Source: Octopus vulgaris (lineage: Eukaryota). Taken from it: a stretch of 64,000 nucleotides of DNA. How positions within the stretch are numbered: position 1 is the stretch's first letter; every line of letters begins with the position of its first letter. The DNA lies in contig OX597826.1 of the NCBI GenBank assembly GCA_951406725.2, positions 15,376,001 to 15,440,000 on the forward strand, given 5' to 3'. The notes beneath the pieces were generated by a model. It made no database searches. It saw only the letters and a list, made by a program, of their open reading frames with translations, and was not told the DNA's origin. Positions 1 to 14,697 of the stretch are shown piece after piece. The position numbers were made by a program, and so were the translations under genes.

Positions 1-520
1 AGAGAGAGAGTGCTCCGACATTATTCGGATGGTACTCACTTTTATACGAGTTGACTGAAGTAACATGCAACAAAGTGTCTTTGTAAAGGATGCTACTTGC
101 CGTTCGGTTCCGTAACTGAACGCTCGACCTTAATATCGTGAGCTAAGCATCATCTAGGCTACACACACACACACACATACACACACAAACAGATCTAATA
201 AAAACGTTAATATCAATAAAGAAGACTCTTCAAAATACTACGAAATAGTTATTACTTAACACGAATGAGAATTGCAATAGAAACAACGTTAATCTTCCTT
301 TATTAATGCTATCGATACATTCTATATTCCAAGGTGCATTAGTCGTGATATTTTACTGAAACATGATTTTTTTAATGCGATAATACGTTCTAAAAATGTG
401 GCGCTAAAAATATGTTCAAACGCCATGTTTACGAACTAAAATATCAGTTATATGTTTTATTATATTTTCCCCCAAATACATTTTTTTACGTTTTCTTTCT
501 GATAGAGGCAATGTTCAGAT

Positions 521-552
<32 letters not shown>

Positions 553-622
553 TGTATGTATGTATGTATGTATGTATGTATGTATGTATGTATTTATGTA
601 TGCATGTATGTATGTTCGTATG

Positions 623-676
<54 letters not shown>

Positions 677-788
677 TACATATACATGGATACACATATA
701 CACGTATGCATATGTGAATACATATATGTGTATATATATTTATATACATATATATGTTTATATATATATGTGTATATACATATACATG

Positions 789-830
<42 letters not shown>

Positions 831-2011
831 CATACATATATATAATATACATAGATGTGCATGTATATTTGTATATACACATAGATACATAAACGCACAA
901 ATTGATACAATTTAGAAAGTGACCTCGAGTCAATAAACATCAAAGCAAGTTCTTCATATTCTGTGAAGCAATTAAGCAATTTTCCGAAGATTCAATTTCT
1001 ATTGACTGCCAGGAAATAATATCTAAGAATAAACAACAAAATTTTTTTTTTAGATATTCCGCTATTGCATTAATATATAGATTATATTTTTAACCAATTG
1101 TTGGTGATCTCTATAATATGTTAGGTCACTTTAGTTTTTATTCTCATCATTGGATAAACATTTCCTCCCAGACTTTAGCAAGTTTTGCTAAAGGTCCAGA
1201 GGAGGAAAGTCATGTAACTAACAATACAAATGAGACATTTTCGCAGAAATTTATATTTTGTCAATACATAAAGATAATGATACAAAGTTCTATGTGTATA
1301 TTATTAAGAAGGCAATATCATCAAGTCGGTTGATTAACTGGGTCAGCAGTTAATTCAGAACAAGAAAACGGGAAGTCATATTGTTCCTGTTGAATGCATT
1401 TGTTTCCACGGTCCTGGAGCATTGTTCGAAATTAGAGCGGTAAAAATATCTAATTACCACCATAACTCAGTGGTGTAATTCTGAAAGAAGTGATGCTCGC
1501 AATCTGAGGAGCATTTATGAAAGATATAAAGTGCTAAATGTTTTGGAGACTTTACATGTTCTACCAACAAAATATGCCACTCAAATTTATAACAATGTTG
1601 GAATATGCCGATAATGCGTAGCAGCGAAGGTTTTGATATCTCCATTTAGATCTTAGGTTTCAATATCTAATATAAATCTTTAAAAATGCTGGTGAAGTGA
1701 ATGGAGTTATATTTAAGAAAATTTGTCATCTTTTTACCAGAGATCCAAAGGGAGTCTACTTTAGAATAAGGAACAAAAATGTGGTCAGTAGCAAAAAAAT
1801 ATCCATTCAATAAAGTGAATAACACAAGTAGAAATATAGAAATAAAAAAACATTCGTAAACCCGCACGACAGCAGGGCCAAAGCCGAAAAGCAAGGACTA
1901 GTAAGAGAATAAAATGTTAGAAATTGAAGTTATAACATCACGTTAAATTGCGAAATTTCACAATTTCAATGAAGTACCAGCTAGAATGTTGTAGTGGTTA
2001 TTGTTATTATT

Positions 2012-2066
2012 AAGGTGGTAAGCTGGCAGAGTCGTTAGCACGCTGGACGAAATGGTTAGCGGTATT
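2012..2066 (+). mobile_element. SINE family A 5' fragment
   Basis: AAGGTGGTAAGCTGGCAGAGTCGTTAGCACGCTGGACGAAATG. Confidence 0.65.
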
Positions 2067-2239
2067 TATGCATACACACACATGTAGGAATAAATGTAAG
2101 GACAATCAAGTTAGGCAAATCGATTTACACAGAAAATTAAATACATCTAATACAAAGAATGTGTGTTTAAAATAGTCCGACTCACAATAGAATACAAATG
2201 ATATCAGGAGTTAAATGAGATGAGTTTTACAAGTCCAAC

Positions 2240-2310
2240 AACCGGTGGTCTGGAATAACGATAGTTACTTCATTCCATTATCGGATAACACCGCCTCCGT
2301 CTTCAGGGGA
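2240..2310 (-). ncRNA. Degenerate hammerhead motif
   Basis: Minus strand CUGAAGA-cgga...ucca-GAccACCGGUU. The GAAA box is mutated; the palindromic ACCGGU is retained. Confidence 0.4.
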
Positions 2311-2904
2311 GAATTTTACATCGAGGAGATGGCGTTTAAAAATCGAATAATTTTCTGGAGAATCATGTGTATTAGGAAGTGGAGTTGGGGCGTTTAGATA
2401 GAGAGTAATTAGCGGAGAAAAGAGATTTCAGGATTAAGGTTAATAATGAGGCTAGTGATAGTAGTAGAAGTTGAAGGTGGGAGGAGTGAATGATGGCCTT
2501 TGTGATAGTTTGTACGAAAACTATAGAGTGAAATGTTGAGATAGTGAAAAGGGATTGTTATTATTTGAGGGAAATGCGTTGACTGATTCAGTAGCTATGG
2601 TGGACGAAAAGGTGGTCAAAAGTAATTGTTAGTGGGAAAAAGGAATTGGGTTGGCAATGGAAGAGGTGTTATTGTAAAGAGATGGGTTTGAGATTGAATA
2701 AAGTGTTGTAGGGCGGGGTAAATGTAAATTGGTTAGTTTTCAAAGACTCAAGCCATCATCCCACAATCCTACCTACGCGACAACAAATACTAGCTTCAGT
2801 ACCAGCTCTCAAAGCAATGCATATACAAATTTCAATATAGGTTCTCCCCTCACTAACAAGAAACCAGCGGAGCTCATCCTCAGTAATAATAAACCCCAAC
2901 TACG

Positions 2905-3230
2905 AGCAGGTAGGGAAACTTGCAACTGCCGCGTATCTCGATTATGCCCTCTTGAAGGCACCTGGCTACGCAAAAATGTGATCTACAAGTGCCGTGTTAT
3001 AACACCACGTTTCCCCCAAGCACCATAAATTTCAAGCGCACCTACTGTGCACACATGAACTCTTTCATTAATCCAAATTCTAAACTATCGACCTCCTTAG
3101 CAACGTATATACACAACCTCAGATCGCAAAATAATCCATATGCCCTATTCTGGTCCATAGTAAGTGAAGCTCCCCATACAATGCAATAACGGTTAGTGTC
3201 AGTTATCTATAGGAATCATTAACCCTTCGC
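2905..3230 (+). pseudogene. Frameshifted Penelope-type GIY-YIG endonuclease fragment
   Basis: TCNCRVSRLCPLEG...NVIYKCRV, then in another frame FKRTYCAHMNSFINPNSKLSTSLATYIHNLR..LFWSIV. Homologous to the ORF at 23621-24235. Confidence 0.8.
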
Positions 3231-3738
3231 CAAATCTATATAAATCCTACAATAAGTTTCCATAGCCAAAATCCTTAACCTAAAACAATACCAAACTAGC
3301 AATCTACTACTTAATAAATATTAACCCCCACTCTTGTTCTTTCTGATACAACCATCTCAGATTTCTTTCAAATCTTCAAATCAACCACTTCCCACTTGCC
3401 TCTTAGCCTTCCCAACCTCCTCAAACTTAAGCAGTACTTAACAAAACCCCACTTCTTTGAAAATTAACCAATCTCCTCTACACCTCTCTATTCAGTTTCA
3501 TACTCCTCTCTTTACAATAGCACCCCCTCCATTGCCAACCCAATTTCTTTGTCCCACTAACAACTCTTTTTGACCACCTTTAACTCCCCCTCCTTAGCTA
3601 CTGAAATAGTCAACTCATTTCCCTCAAATAATATACTGTCCCTTTTCACTAACTCAACCTTGACCTCTATAGCCTTCATACAAGCTATCACAAAGGTCAT
3701 AATTCACACAGTTATATAAACATTTATTCAGGCGCGCG

Positions 3739-3806
<68 letters not shown>

Positions 3807-4154
3807 TGTATGTATGTCTGTATCGATGTGTGTGCATTTGTGTGTGTAATAGAGAATTTGTTTTTTGGTTTGAAAATGCATCTGTAGTCGTTTATATGTT
3901 TAATAATGGGTTTATTCAAATAGCAAACTGGTACCCACATTGTTTTGGTTATGAATGGTACAAATGAATAACTAAAGGGCTTAGGAGAATTTAACGTTAC
4001 TAAGCAAAAATCGGGAAAGAACATTAAATCAGATGTTCAAATGTTCACAGAAATGACAATGAGTTTCACATGGCTAGATAGTAATATCAATGTAAACTTT
4101 CGGTGGAGATCATAGCAAATGTATATTATTGAAAGTTCAATCACGTTGAATTTT

Positions 4155-4241
<87 letters not shown>

Positions 4242-4301
4242 CGGTTGATTCGGGGTTAACCACAGTAAATAAGGTACTCAATACATAGCAGAGTAAAATT
4301 A

Positions 4302-4423
4302 ATTTATTATATAGAAGGAGCTTCTACAGGACTAGAACTGTTTCATTCAAGAGAAATCTTCCTGAAGATTTCTCTTGAATGAAACAGTTCTAGTCCTGTA
4401 GAAGCTCCTTCTATATAATAAAT
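4302..4423. repeat. Perfect 60-bp-arm palindrome centred on a hammerhead core (pseudo-LTR fold-back)
   Basis: Arms at 4302-4361 and 4364-4423 with a 2-nt spacer. CTGAAGA-tttctcttgaat-GAAACAGTTC begins at 4362. Embedded in (TA)n. Confidence 0.85.
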
Positions 4424-4473
4424 ATATATATATTTATATATATATATATATATATACATGCACACACATACAG

Positions 4474-4558
<85 letters not shown>

Positions 4559-5051
4559 AGTATATATGTACACACATATCTTCACACACAGAGGGCAATA
4601 GAGTGGTGTGCTCTTGCGCGCGCTTGTCTGTGTCTCTCTCTGTGTCTGTGCATGCGTGTCTATGTGTTTGCGTTCTTTTACATCTATTGACGCTGTGTGT
4701 TTTTTTCGTTACATCTTGTAATTCACAGACAGCGTTTGGATATTTTTAGAAGTTGTGGACATCATTGGATTGAATGGTATCGTTTGGTGTCGAAACCTTA
4801 TTGATTTTCAGCAGTGTATCTGTTGATATAAAATTTATGTCGATTTAGATAAAATTGTCGCTATTGTTTTTTTTATAGTTCCCCTTTTGTTTTATGTTTT
4901 CTGTTATATATATTCTTTAGATATCGATGTTATTCTAATTTGTACGCCTCGTTGTTTAGGGACCTCTCATCGTCTGGTGTAGGGCAAAATTGCGTTTAAT
5001 TTATTTGTATCTATTATGCCTTAATACTATATCAATATTTGTAACGGTGTT

Positions 5052-5190
5052 AAGGCGGCGAGCTTGCAGAGTCGGTGGCACGTCGACCAAAATAACGGCA
5101 TTCCGTCCGTCCTTACGTTTTGATTTCAAATTCCACCGAGGTTGATTTTGCCTCTCATCCTTTCGGGATCGATGAATTAACAATCAGTTG
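5052..5190 (+). mobile_element. SINE family A copy
   Basis: Homologous to 17521-17660. Confidence 0.75.
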
Positions 5191-5529
5191 AAAATAATTT
5201 TAGTGGAATTTTAAAACACACTTTCACTCATGATCATATATTATATATGTGTGTGTATATTTACATGCATATATATATGCAAACAACTTATATATACGTA
5301 CAGATGTATACAAATATATATATATATATATATGTATGTATGCATATATACATACATAGAGAGAAAGAAAGAGATACAAATGTTTTACGCAGATAACCAG
5401 CTGTGACTCTTCGATTTATCTAATTTTTATCAACGAGCATGTATCTATGTATACTTAAATACATACACAGTGAAATATCTGCATACGTAATTTGTATATG
5501 TATGTATGTTTGTATATATGCAGTTACAA

Positions 5530-6010
5530 GACGTCTATCTGCAATAAGGTTGAACAAATACAAACTAAAATTATGGAACAACTAAAATCATGGAAAATAT
5601 TAAAAAAATTTTGAACAACATATATCTGTAAAATGTAATCACACTTGGCCCAAAATTTCTCTACCTATCCAATTCATCCCATATTAAGGGAAGAATATGT
5701 CTCTTGGGTAGAAATACGTAAGAAATTTGTCTCTGTCCAGATACATCTGCAAACATTGCAGAAATGGGGGTAATACCAATATTATGAAATACTGCGCAAT
5801 TAGGTAAACAATATGCAAAAATAAAAGGAGCTTTAATCATACACTAGGAAATATCTCGGAGAATGTCGAATGATCATAATCTGGGATATAACAATTCATA
5901 CACAAGGAAACCAATGCTATGCGAATATTGTTTTCAGTGTCCCACAGGAAAGCAAACGTATCGGATCGTATGGAGGATTCTGCATCTTTAAAAAAACATT
6001 AAGACAAAGT
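5530..6010 (+). pseudogene. Decayed R4/Dong-type LINE C-terminal fragment
   Basis: Relics of the zinc-knuckle and restriction-like endonuclease region (CKM..TLGPKFLYL; IIIWDITIHT..ANIVF). Confidence 0.5.
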
Positions 6011-6168
6011 AAAAATATAAACAATCACTTAAAAAGAAATGTCTATGCGAAGAATTACATTAGACGAGTATATAAACTGCACCCAGAACATTATAATGAT
6101 AATTCTAGTTGCATCCATTAATATTAAATACTCACACATAGACACGTACATCATACACACATGCATTA

Positions 6169-6254
<86 letters not shown>

Positions 6255-6274
6255 TTATTTATTTATATATATGT

Positions 6275-6475
6275 TTGCGTGTCTGTGTTTGTCCCCACTA
6301 TAGCTTGAGAACCGATGTTGGTGGGTTTACGTCCCCAAAACTTAGCGGTTCCGCAAACGGATCCGAAAGAATAAGTACTAGGCTTACAAATAACTTGTCC
6401 TGGCGTTGATTTCTTCGACTAAAAGGCAGTACTTCAGTATGACCGCAGTTAAATGACTGAAACTAGTAAAAGTAT
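6275..6475 (+). mobile_element. SINE family B 3' half
   Basis: GTCTGTGTTTGTCCCC..AACCGATGTTGGTG..AGAATAAGTACTAGGCTTAC. Confidence 0.75.
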
Positions 6476-6490
6476 AAAATAAAGAATAAA

Positions 6491-6561
<71 letters not shown>

Positions 6562-8617
6562 GCATACACGCTCACGTATATATGTATGCATATTTTAAGA
6601 GGTCAAATATTTATGTTTTTGTGAACATAGATACGTATATATGTAAATGTAACGTAGACACAAACTCATTCAAGATTTATGACACGAACCTGTATAGAAA
6701 TGGCCTATAAAAACAAATCGGTTAAACTTTATTCACAAGTGGGATGAGAAAAAGCATCATCACTAATAAGAACAATGTTATTTAACAATAGTAATAAATC
6801 TCATCAACCAATGTGGTTGTGTTGGAAAACAACCGAAAAGTATATAGATGATTTGTTGTATCCCAAATTTGGATTTTTTCCAAGAAAGACAATGGTTTAT
6901 ATTTCAATCGATTCTTAGGGAACATCAAAACACATTGCTACAAATATTCTGGTGATGTTCAATAGTTTGGTCTAGAAATTCTGTCTAATATTGTCTCATT
7001 TCTTTGCCAATTCACTACAGCTTTCAATAGTACATGTAGCACTAAACCCCATTCATGTATACAAGGAAGTAAATGTGTCATTGAGATTTACACTGAATTA
7101 ATGAAAGTGTGAATTAATATATTTATAGAGGCAACGATTTGGCTTAAACGTTGTGGTAAAGTTTTCCAATGTACATTTATGACACCTTTCTAGTTCAAAT
7201 ATTGGTTACACCCCTTTATTTTATTTCTCTGTAAGCAGTTTCAGTGGAGATATACCTAGCGTAAATATTTTCGATTCTTTCAATTGATTTCAATAATTGT
7301 TGTTTTTGCAGAAAAAAATCAATTGGTTAATACTATTAACAAAATATGTTGCTTTCCCCTGTTGCTATAAATCTTCTCTTAGTTTCCATATATTCATACA
7401 ATTCTTTCGTCTAACTTACTATACTCTTGGCACACTTTTCCTCAACAAAAACATAAACACAAACACTCACACATGTACATATACCCGCGCGCGCACCACC
7501 CACACATTTATTGAGTCCTTTAGTCAGTCATTGTTCTTTTTTGCATATAAAATCATATATATATATGTTGGCATTCATAAACGTAAGCGAGCAATTATAA
7601 GAGATAAAAATAAATATAATAAGAAACAATAGAAGAAAACAAATTGAAATTGTTCGCCCAAAAGAATATTGGTGAAATTGAAAATTTAGAAAAAACAAGG
7701 TCTAACCAATTTAAAACTCATTCGAATTCGAATCGATTTTGCACATTGCGGTTTATTCAAAGAAATCAAAACAACGCTTAAAAAATTGCCTAGGCATCAA
7801 AGGAGTAAAACCCGTACACCAAAGGGAGTTATACAGGCTAATTGCATTGATGCAACTGATTGAGCTGACCTGAGATATTATGACACGTTAGGTGTCGTGT
7901 AGTGTGTTTAAACCTAGAACCGCACGAAGACGTTGTGAATTATTTTAGCACATGGTTATGATTTAATTTTGGACAACTATATATAAAAACATACTCCGTT
8001 GAAGAATTCAGTCCATCTCTAGAGATAATACGATAGTAGTAGTAGTAGTAGTAGTAGTAGTGGCGGTGGTGGTAGTGTTGCTATTTCTCTATATCTCTCA
8101 TATTTCATCATTTGGGACTGTAAAGACTATTATGTGGTACCTTCTATTCTCTTTATCTACCACTACTAAATCAGGCATTCTAGCTTATATTACTCTGTTA
8201 GTCTGAATGTTGCACAACATCTTATATTTCTTACTTTCTAGTACTTTACTAGTTTCATATTCATACCAATTTTCAATAGGGTCAAATCCCTCCTTTCTAC
8301 ATCATTCTCAGTGGATTACTCTCTCTATACTGCATCTCTTTATTTGTATCCCTTCTGTGCCAGCATGCTACATTTCCTTACTATATGAGTAACACTTAAC
8401 TCTTGATTTGCATAACCTGGGAATCTACTTGGTTTTTGTCTATCTAGGCTTTTATCCGATTAGTTTGTAATGCTTCAGCTTCTACTGTTACAAACAAACT
8501 TTCTGTCTCATTTCAGCCTTCCTTTCTGCAACCATAACAATATCTCAATGTAACTATCTTTGAGAATCAACCATGCAAAGCGTTCTCCTGCCAGTCGTAT
8601 AACTTTTGTTCTTTTCT

Positions 8618-9357
8618 CTAGTTTTTAACTTCGTTTGGCCTTCTGGTTTTCCTATGGCTTGCTGCAACTGAAGCAGCTTTTAAAACACTTTCATCACTAT
8701 TACTTACATAGGAGTCTATATATACTCTAGCTAAATCCATGCAGTCTTCTGCTGCTATTAACCCTCTTCCAATTTCCTTTCTAGGTAAGTATAGTTTTGC
8801 TACTCCTTCTCTAGGGTGGAAACCTCCATTCAAAATGAATTCCTGCTCTGTAGTCTTCAGATTCTTACAAAGTAGCATGGTCAAGTGGGATACATGTTCC
8901 CTTCTAAACCATACAATGGGATGAGCCAGTCTAACAACATTAACATCAAACGAGGCATCTTTCCGGTGGCTCCCTCTCTTTTGCATGTTACTGATCCAAT
9001 TCTCAAACGACCTGAGTAACACCAGGTATAGGTTCAAAATGTATAATATTATAGTAAATAGTCTTCTCTTCTTTTTTTCATTCAGCTCTTTGGTTAAACT
9101 TTTCCCTGCCATCATTTCATCTGCATTTACACCCATATCTTTCGCGGCATATTGCAGCAGGTCTTCATCACTATTAATCAAATACTCAGCAAGCGTTCTC
9201 CTTTCGCTCATTATACAACGGTCTATACTAATTAGCCCTCTGCTACCATTCATTCTTTTCATATACAGTCTGTTTATGTTCGGTTTAGGATGTAGCGCTC
9301 TATGCAGCGTTCTCAACTTTCTCGTCCTTCTATCCAGTGTTGATATTTCCTGACCCT
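8618..9357 (-). pseudogene. R4/Dong-type non-LTR retrotransposon RT-thumb fragments
   Basis: LDRRTRKLRTLHRALHPKPNINRLYMKRMNGSRGLISI, plus a second copy of the motif FHPREGVAKLYLPRKEIGRGLIAAED. Abuts (TAA)n. Confidence 0.8.
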
Positions 9358-9365
9358 CATTATTA

Positions 9366-9440
<75 letters not shown>

Positions 9441-9477
9441 GTGTTGTTGTTATCGTTGTTGTTGTTGTTGTTCAACA

Positions 9478-9865
9478 ATTGGTAGTTTCAGGCAAATTTC
9501 TACTGCATCACCTGCTACACTTCCGTGTTTCTGGAGTGTGTGCAACATTGTGTGTTCTTCTCTGCTGTATGGAGTGTGAAAACTCCTCCTGGTATTGTAT
9601 TGTGTGAATTTCTCTTCGCTTGAGGTGTGGTACCTATTTTGGTGTATCAATCTTTGTATTCTGTATTGAGTGTGCAATTCGCTGGTTAACCGGATTGTTG
9701 GTGGAAGTTTATTTTTTTGGATAATTTCTTTATACATCGTGTCTTGTGTTTGTGGGTTTTGCTTGGGTTGTATAATGTTGTATATTTGAATTGTTAGTCA
9801 CTTGTGTAGGATGTGGGCTCTTCCAAGGAGGGCTAATTTTTGGATAGTGCGTACTGTTGTAGATA
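9478..9865 (-). mobile_element. 3' end of R4/Dong-type LINE
   Basis: Minus strand encodes IQKLALLGRAHILHK (ORF terminus) followed by a 3' UTR. A related 3' UTR occurs at ~41110-41300. Confidence 0.65.
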
Positions 9866-10010
9866 CATTTTCTTCTTCTTCTTCTTCTTCTTCTTCTTCT
9901 TCTTCTTCTTCTTCCTTTTCCCCTCTCCTCCTCCTCCCATCCTCCCCTCCACCTCATAAACATCGTCATCCTCCTTCTCTTCCTCCTCCTCCTCCTCCTC
10001 CTCCTCCTCC

Positions 10011-10117
<107 letters not shown>

Positions 10118-13100
10118 ACAAAAGCAAACAAAAGTCATTAAAACTATTCAAGGAAGAATTCGCAAATCCAATTCCTATAAAGCTGTTTAATTTTGATGAC
10201 TATTTTTGTTTTGTTCAAAAATGAAGGTAAGCCTCGTCACAGCTTGATCAAATTTCAAATTTGATTACTGTAAAAGCCATACCGCTCCCTGATTCTTACA
10301 CTTTTGGAATCTCCGATAAATGGACACTAAAAATATCCGTAAAATTTTTATGCAAATGTTGTTGAAAGATAGAGGAATATAACTCTTTTTTGATTAATGT
10401 TTCATTATAATTTTACCAAACATGAATTATGTAATTAAATATATGCCCTGCCCAAATCTCTAATCAGGAAGGAAACACAGATACACTGAAAACCACCTAA
10501 TACATATATACAAATAGACATACATACGGTTGCTAGGTACTGTTGGAAACCTGCAAATCATCAGCGTCAGTGTACCAACACACGTAGCTCCAATTTTATT
10601 GTCAAACTCTCCTTACATTTTTCAACCAGTTGAAGATTTATTTCACATTGGAAACTATCCAGTGCTGTATATCTAATAAATGTTCCCTTTACACTTGCAG
10701 CTCTAAGCTGATATAATTTCGTAAACGAAATGCACAATAGATTCCCACTCTTAAAGTGGAGATTTCTCTGCATCACTCCACTCCAGTTGTTAAATTTGTG
10801 ACAATTACCAGTACACAGCTGAATACCTTTTGGTTGATGAGTTACACCATTATCTACAGTTACCCTCTCGTTATTATTCTAGATATTCAACTGGCCAGTT
10901 CTCCTATGATGCTCTATTTTTCACCGTTTTTAATGTTAGATAGATATCTATGAAAAATGATACTGAACAAAATTAAGCAACTTACGTCATTAGTTACAGT
11001 TACTACACCCACTCATTATTTTGAATATATAACACGCTCCATTATTTTCTTTTTGTTTAAAAATTATTTATGATGACTCGGACTCTTTTCTTATGATAAT
11101 AGTACCGCATTTTCACGTCAAGTTGTCTTAGATTTACATAAGTCTGTGATAGAGATGCAGAAGGAGACAAAATTACCTGTAATAGTTTTAACGATTGCTC
11201 CACTCTTTTCTCATTGTTTTCTTATCTGCAAAGGTCTTCAACAATACAGCATTTGTACTAATTGTTGAAACAAATTCATGGTATCTTTGACCACTGGAAA
11301 ATCATGATCAAGCAAACCCATATTTAAATGTATTCAGACCATACATATCATTATTCTTTAAAGTTAAGTAGAACTACATAATAAATTATGGTCTTTAATT
11401 ATTTAAAACGATAGATTGTAATTTGAGGCAGAATTTTTTGCTATTTCTTCAAGTTTGTCTAGTTTCCGAAAACAATTAGATTGGATTTCATTCCATAGAA
11501 TCGCTTATTTCTCTAATGTTCAATTTTCTTTCAATCAAGGGTGTAGAAATAAATTTTAATAGTAATGTTGGTAAGTAACAAAACTCGCAACAAAACTAGT
11601 AATTCGAAAATAATGTTAATGCAAAAACCATAACGGGAGGGTGCAGACTTGGTAGACATGTCAGGCTACGAAAGTAAACATGTTGTAGTGTAAATAGTTC
11701 ATTCTTTCAGAGTCATTAGGGCTGAGTACACTTTTCACACAACTTATGTTGTTGAATAACATTTCCCTTCCTGTACCAATACAACAGCGGACATTTTTAA
11801 TCGATTAGAAGGGTTTGTTTGCAGTATATACATACATAAAAAACATGCATGAGTACATGCATACACACGCGTGCGCGCGCACACACACACACTCACGTAT
11901 ATAGTCTAAAGAAATCAATATTTGATGCAACTGAAATTGCAACGATTTTGCCGAAATGAGGAAGTAAAGCGATGATTTGAATACTTCAAAGTATTAGGTT
12001 TTCTCTATTTTCTTCCTTAACAGAAACTGTACCTTTCACTGTCCTGAGATTGGTAGAACAGGTAGCAACCCTTAAAACCACGTAAAGAAAATCTGGCCTT
12101 GTGCCTAGTCAATAAAAATCCAACACTAGATGCAGCAGAAAATAAAAATTCTGGATAACAAATTAGTTTTATCTCACTTAATGTGATGGCTTAGGAAGCT
12201 AATGAATTTCAAAAACGGCGAGGTTGTACAGCTTGACATCTATTCAAAGCAGTTTCCATTCAATTGATACAAAGCAGGACTAATTTTAATCGGGCCAATT
12301 AATTAGTATTGCTGACATCATTTTCGACACTCCATATATGATACACTGCTGTATAATCTGTCATATCTCTAATAACCTGTTGTGCAGATAGCAAAACCTC
12401 AAACGAATGCAAAAAATAAAAATTATCAAAATGGATTTTTTCTATTAATTAAATATCGTCAAAAAGTTTCCATTGTAAGTTAACTTCTCCAGACGCACAG
12501 CATCGTTCACTGCGTGCAACTTGATCGACCTTTTGGTAATTATGATTCTAAAAATATAGTTTGATGTTTATTGGTGAGAAAATTTGTCTTTGCTTTGATG
12601 TTTTTTTTCTATAGAATGTGTTTAAAGAAAAGAAATATAAACGAAATATTTGTTTACCACTTATAAAAACAAAAATTAAATTTTCATTAAAAAGTATTTC
12701 TGGAAAAATAAACCTCAACGGATTTTATAATGAATAAAACAACAATTAGTAAAATGAATCATTTGTGAGCTATAGAAAGAGATAAGGCATTGACGATAAA
12801 AAATATATGTGATTGCGAAACAGAAAAATACATACAGAAATTTTGAGGACATTTTAAGTACAGCGTTGCATTCAACTAATTGTTTTAATACATGCAGTTA
12901 TGTCTGTGTACAGACATAACTGTTTGTGTACATAAATGTGTGTGTGTGTATGTGTAGAATTCCTATCATGCTTCTGTAGTGGAGTACATTACGCTTTCTA
13001 TCAATTTTCACTGTTCTCATCCATGTACCACTATACTATAAGATATCTGGATATATTTGTGTAGATCAATAGCGTTAGGGGGCGAGATCACGCACACTCT

Positions 13101-13735
13101 CCGGAGTGCGGCAATAGCTTTACTAACTCACAGTTGTTGTCAGTCTCATTATTGCTGTTGTAGCTGATGACACAACTCTAATAGCTAAAAGTGTCCACTG
13201 CCTCGATATTTTGTTGATTGATCTTTATGATGGCTGTTGTTCGATGCTGACTGTTTTGTTCATCTGAGAACGTAATCATAAGACCACATAATCTTAAAAC
13301 GTTCTAAAAAGATCCAGCTCTGGGCCGACAAGATTAAAACTAGCAAGTCACTTAGTCCGGTAACTAGAACAAAGCCATTGTAAAACAGCTTTCAGATGGG
13401 CGAAAGTAAAGAGAGGAAGATGGAAAACTGCATAGCAGAGAGCTTTCGTAAGAAGTCAGACTGGATGCAGCGAAAAACGCAAGCAACAGAAATCAATGGT
13501 GTCAACTTGCTGCTCAATGTGCTCGGAAGGACAAGAAGAACCAATACTGATGACATTAAACGAATTTCTGTTATTTGAAATTCCGCGCTTGCTGAATATA
13601 TTAAAATAGGCGTGCGTGTGTGTGTGTGTGTATGTATGTGTGTATGTGTGTGTGCGCGTTCGTGTGTGTGAATGTACATTTGTAGATGTGTTCCTAAATA
13701 TATAGATATGAACGGAAACTCACACACACACGCAC

Positions 13736-13771
<36 letters not shown>

Positions 13772-14264
13772 AACTATATATATCATTCTGTCTGTGTATA
13801 TATATATGTATTTGTGTGTGTGTGGGTGTGAAAATATATATATATACACACGCCGATGTATATGAATACACACGCACAAATACACAAATATGAATGCACG
13901 TAAATTTTCTCATTCATTTCCTCAGAACCTATGCGTTTTATTCCGTATATAATCCATTAGCCTACGTAATCAAACTGAACTCCATTAATTCACTTCCAAT
14001 AAGGTAGCTAACTTCTACTCTCTCTCTCTCCCCATCTCCAGATCACTCTTATGTGTCTTCATTAACTCGCTTTAAATTAAATATTATACACTTGGTGTGA
14101 GCCCTACCATTCCGTGTTAAAACTTTAAATTCTCACTAACTGATTTCACTAAAAGAATTACTTCTCCAACTTACAAACCAATTTTGAAAAGAAAACGCTA
14201 CAAATGAATAAAGCAAACTGCTCGGCCGTGGGTGCTCATACGCTTGAATTGGGTTTGTAGTAGC

Positions 14265-14697
14265 CTTCTTCTTCTTCTTCTTCTTCTTCTTCTTCTTCTT
14301 CTTCTTCTTCTTCTTCTTCTTCTTCTTCTTCTTCTTCTTCTTCTTCTTCTTCTTCTTCTTCTTCTTCTTCTTGTCGTCGTGCTCCATCATCATCTTCCCC
14401 CCGTTCTTTCTTCCTTTCTTTCTTCTTCTTCTTCTTCTTCTTCTTCTTCTTCTTCTTCTTCTTCTTCTTGTCGTCGTGCTCCACTTCCTGCTCTCCCCCA
14501 TCATCATCTTCCCCCCGTTCTTTCTTTCTTTCTTCTTTCTTCTTCTTCTTCTTCTTCTTCTTCTTCTTCTTCTTCTTCTTCTTCTTCTTCTTCTTCTTCT
14601 TGTCCTCCTGCTCCTCTTCCTGCTCTTCCCCCATCCTTCTCCTACCCCCGTTCTTTCTTCTTATTTTTCTTCTTCTTCTTCTTCTTCTTCTTCTTCC
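14265..14697. repeat. (CTT)n tract with reiterated spacer modules
   Basis: CTT runs separated by related modules GTCGTCGTGCTCC..CATCATCTTCCCCCCGTTCTTTC at ~14373, ~14470 and ~14602. Confidence 0.9.

Larger units (their letters stand above)
2090..3655. mobile_element. Decayed Penelope-like element with inverted 3' segment
   Basis: GIY-YIG remnants on the plus strand at ~2905-3230. The segment ~2535-2685 is an imperfect inverted repeat of ~3505-3655. A degenerate HHR lies on the minus strand at 2240-2310. Confidence 0.7.

Noticed and set aside
13396-13578. Possible host exon (CAG..GTAAG), also the GCAG/GTAAG at ~62550
   Set aside because: Splice-like signals without recognisable protein similarity or neighbouring exons.
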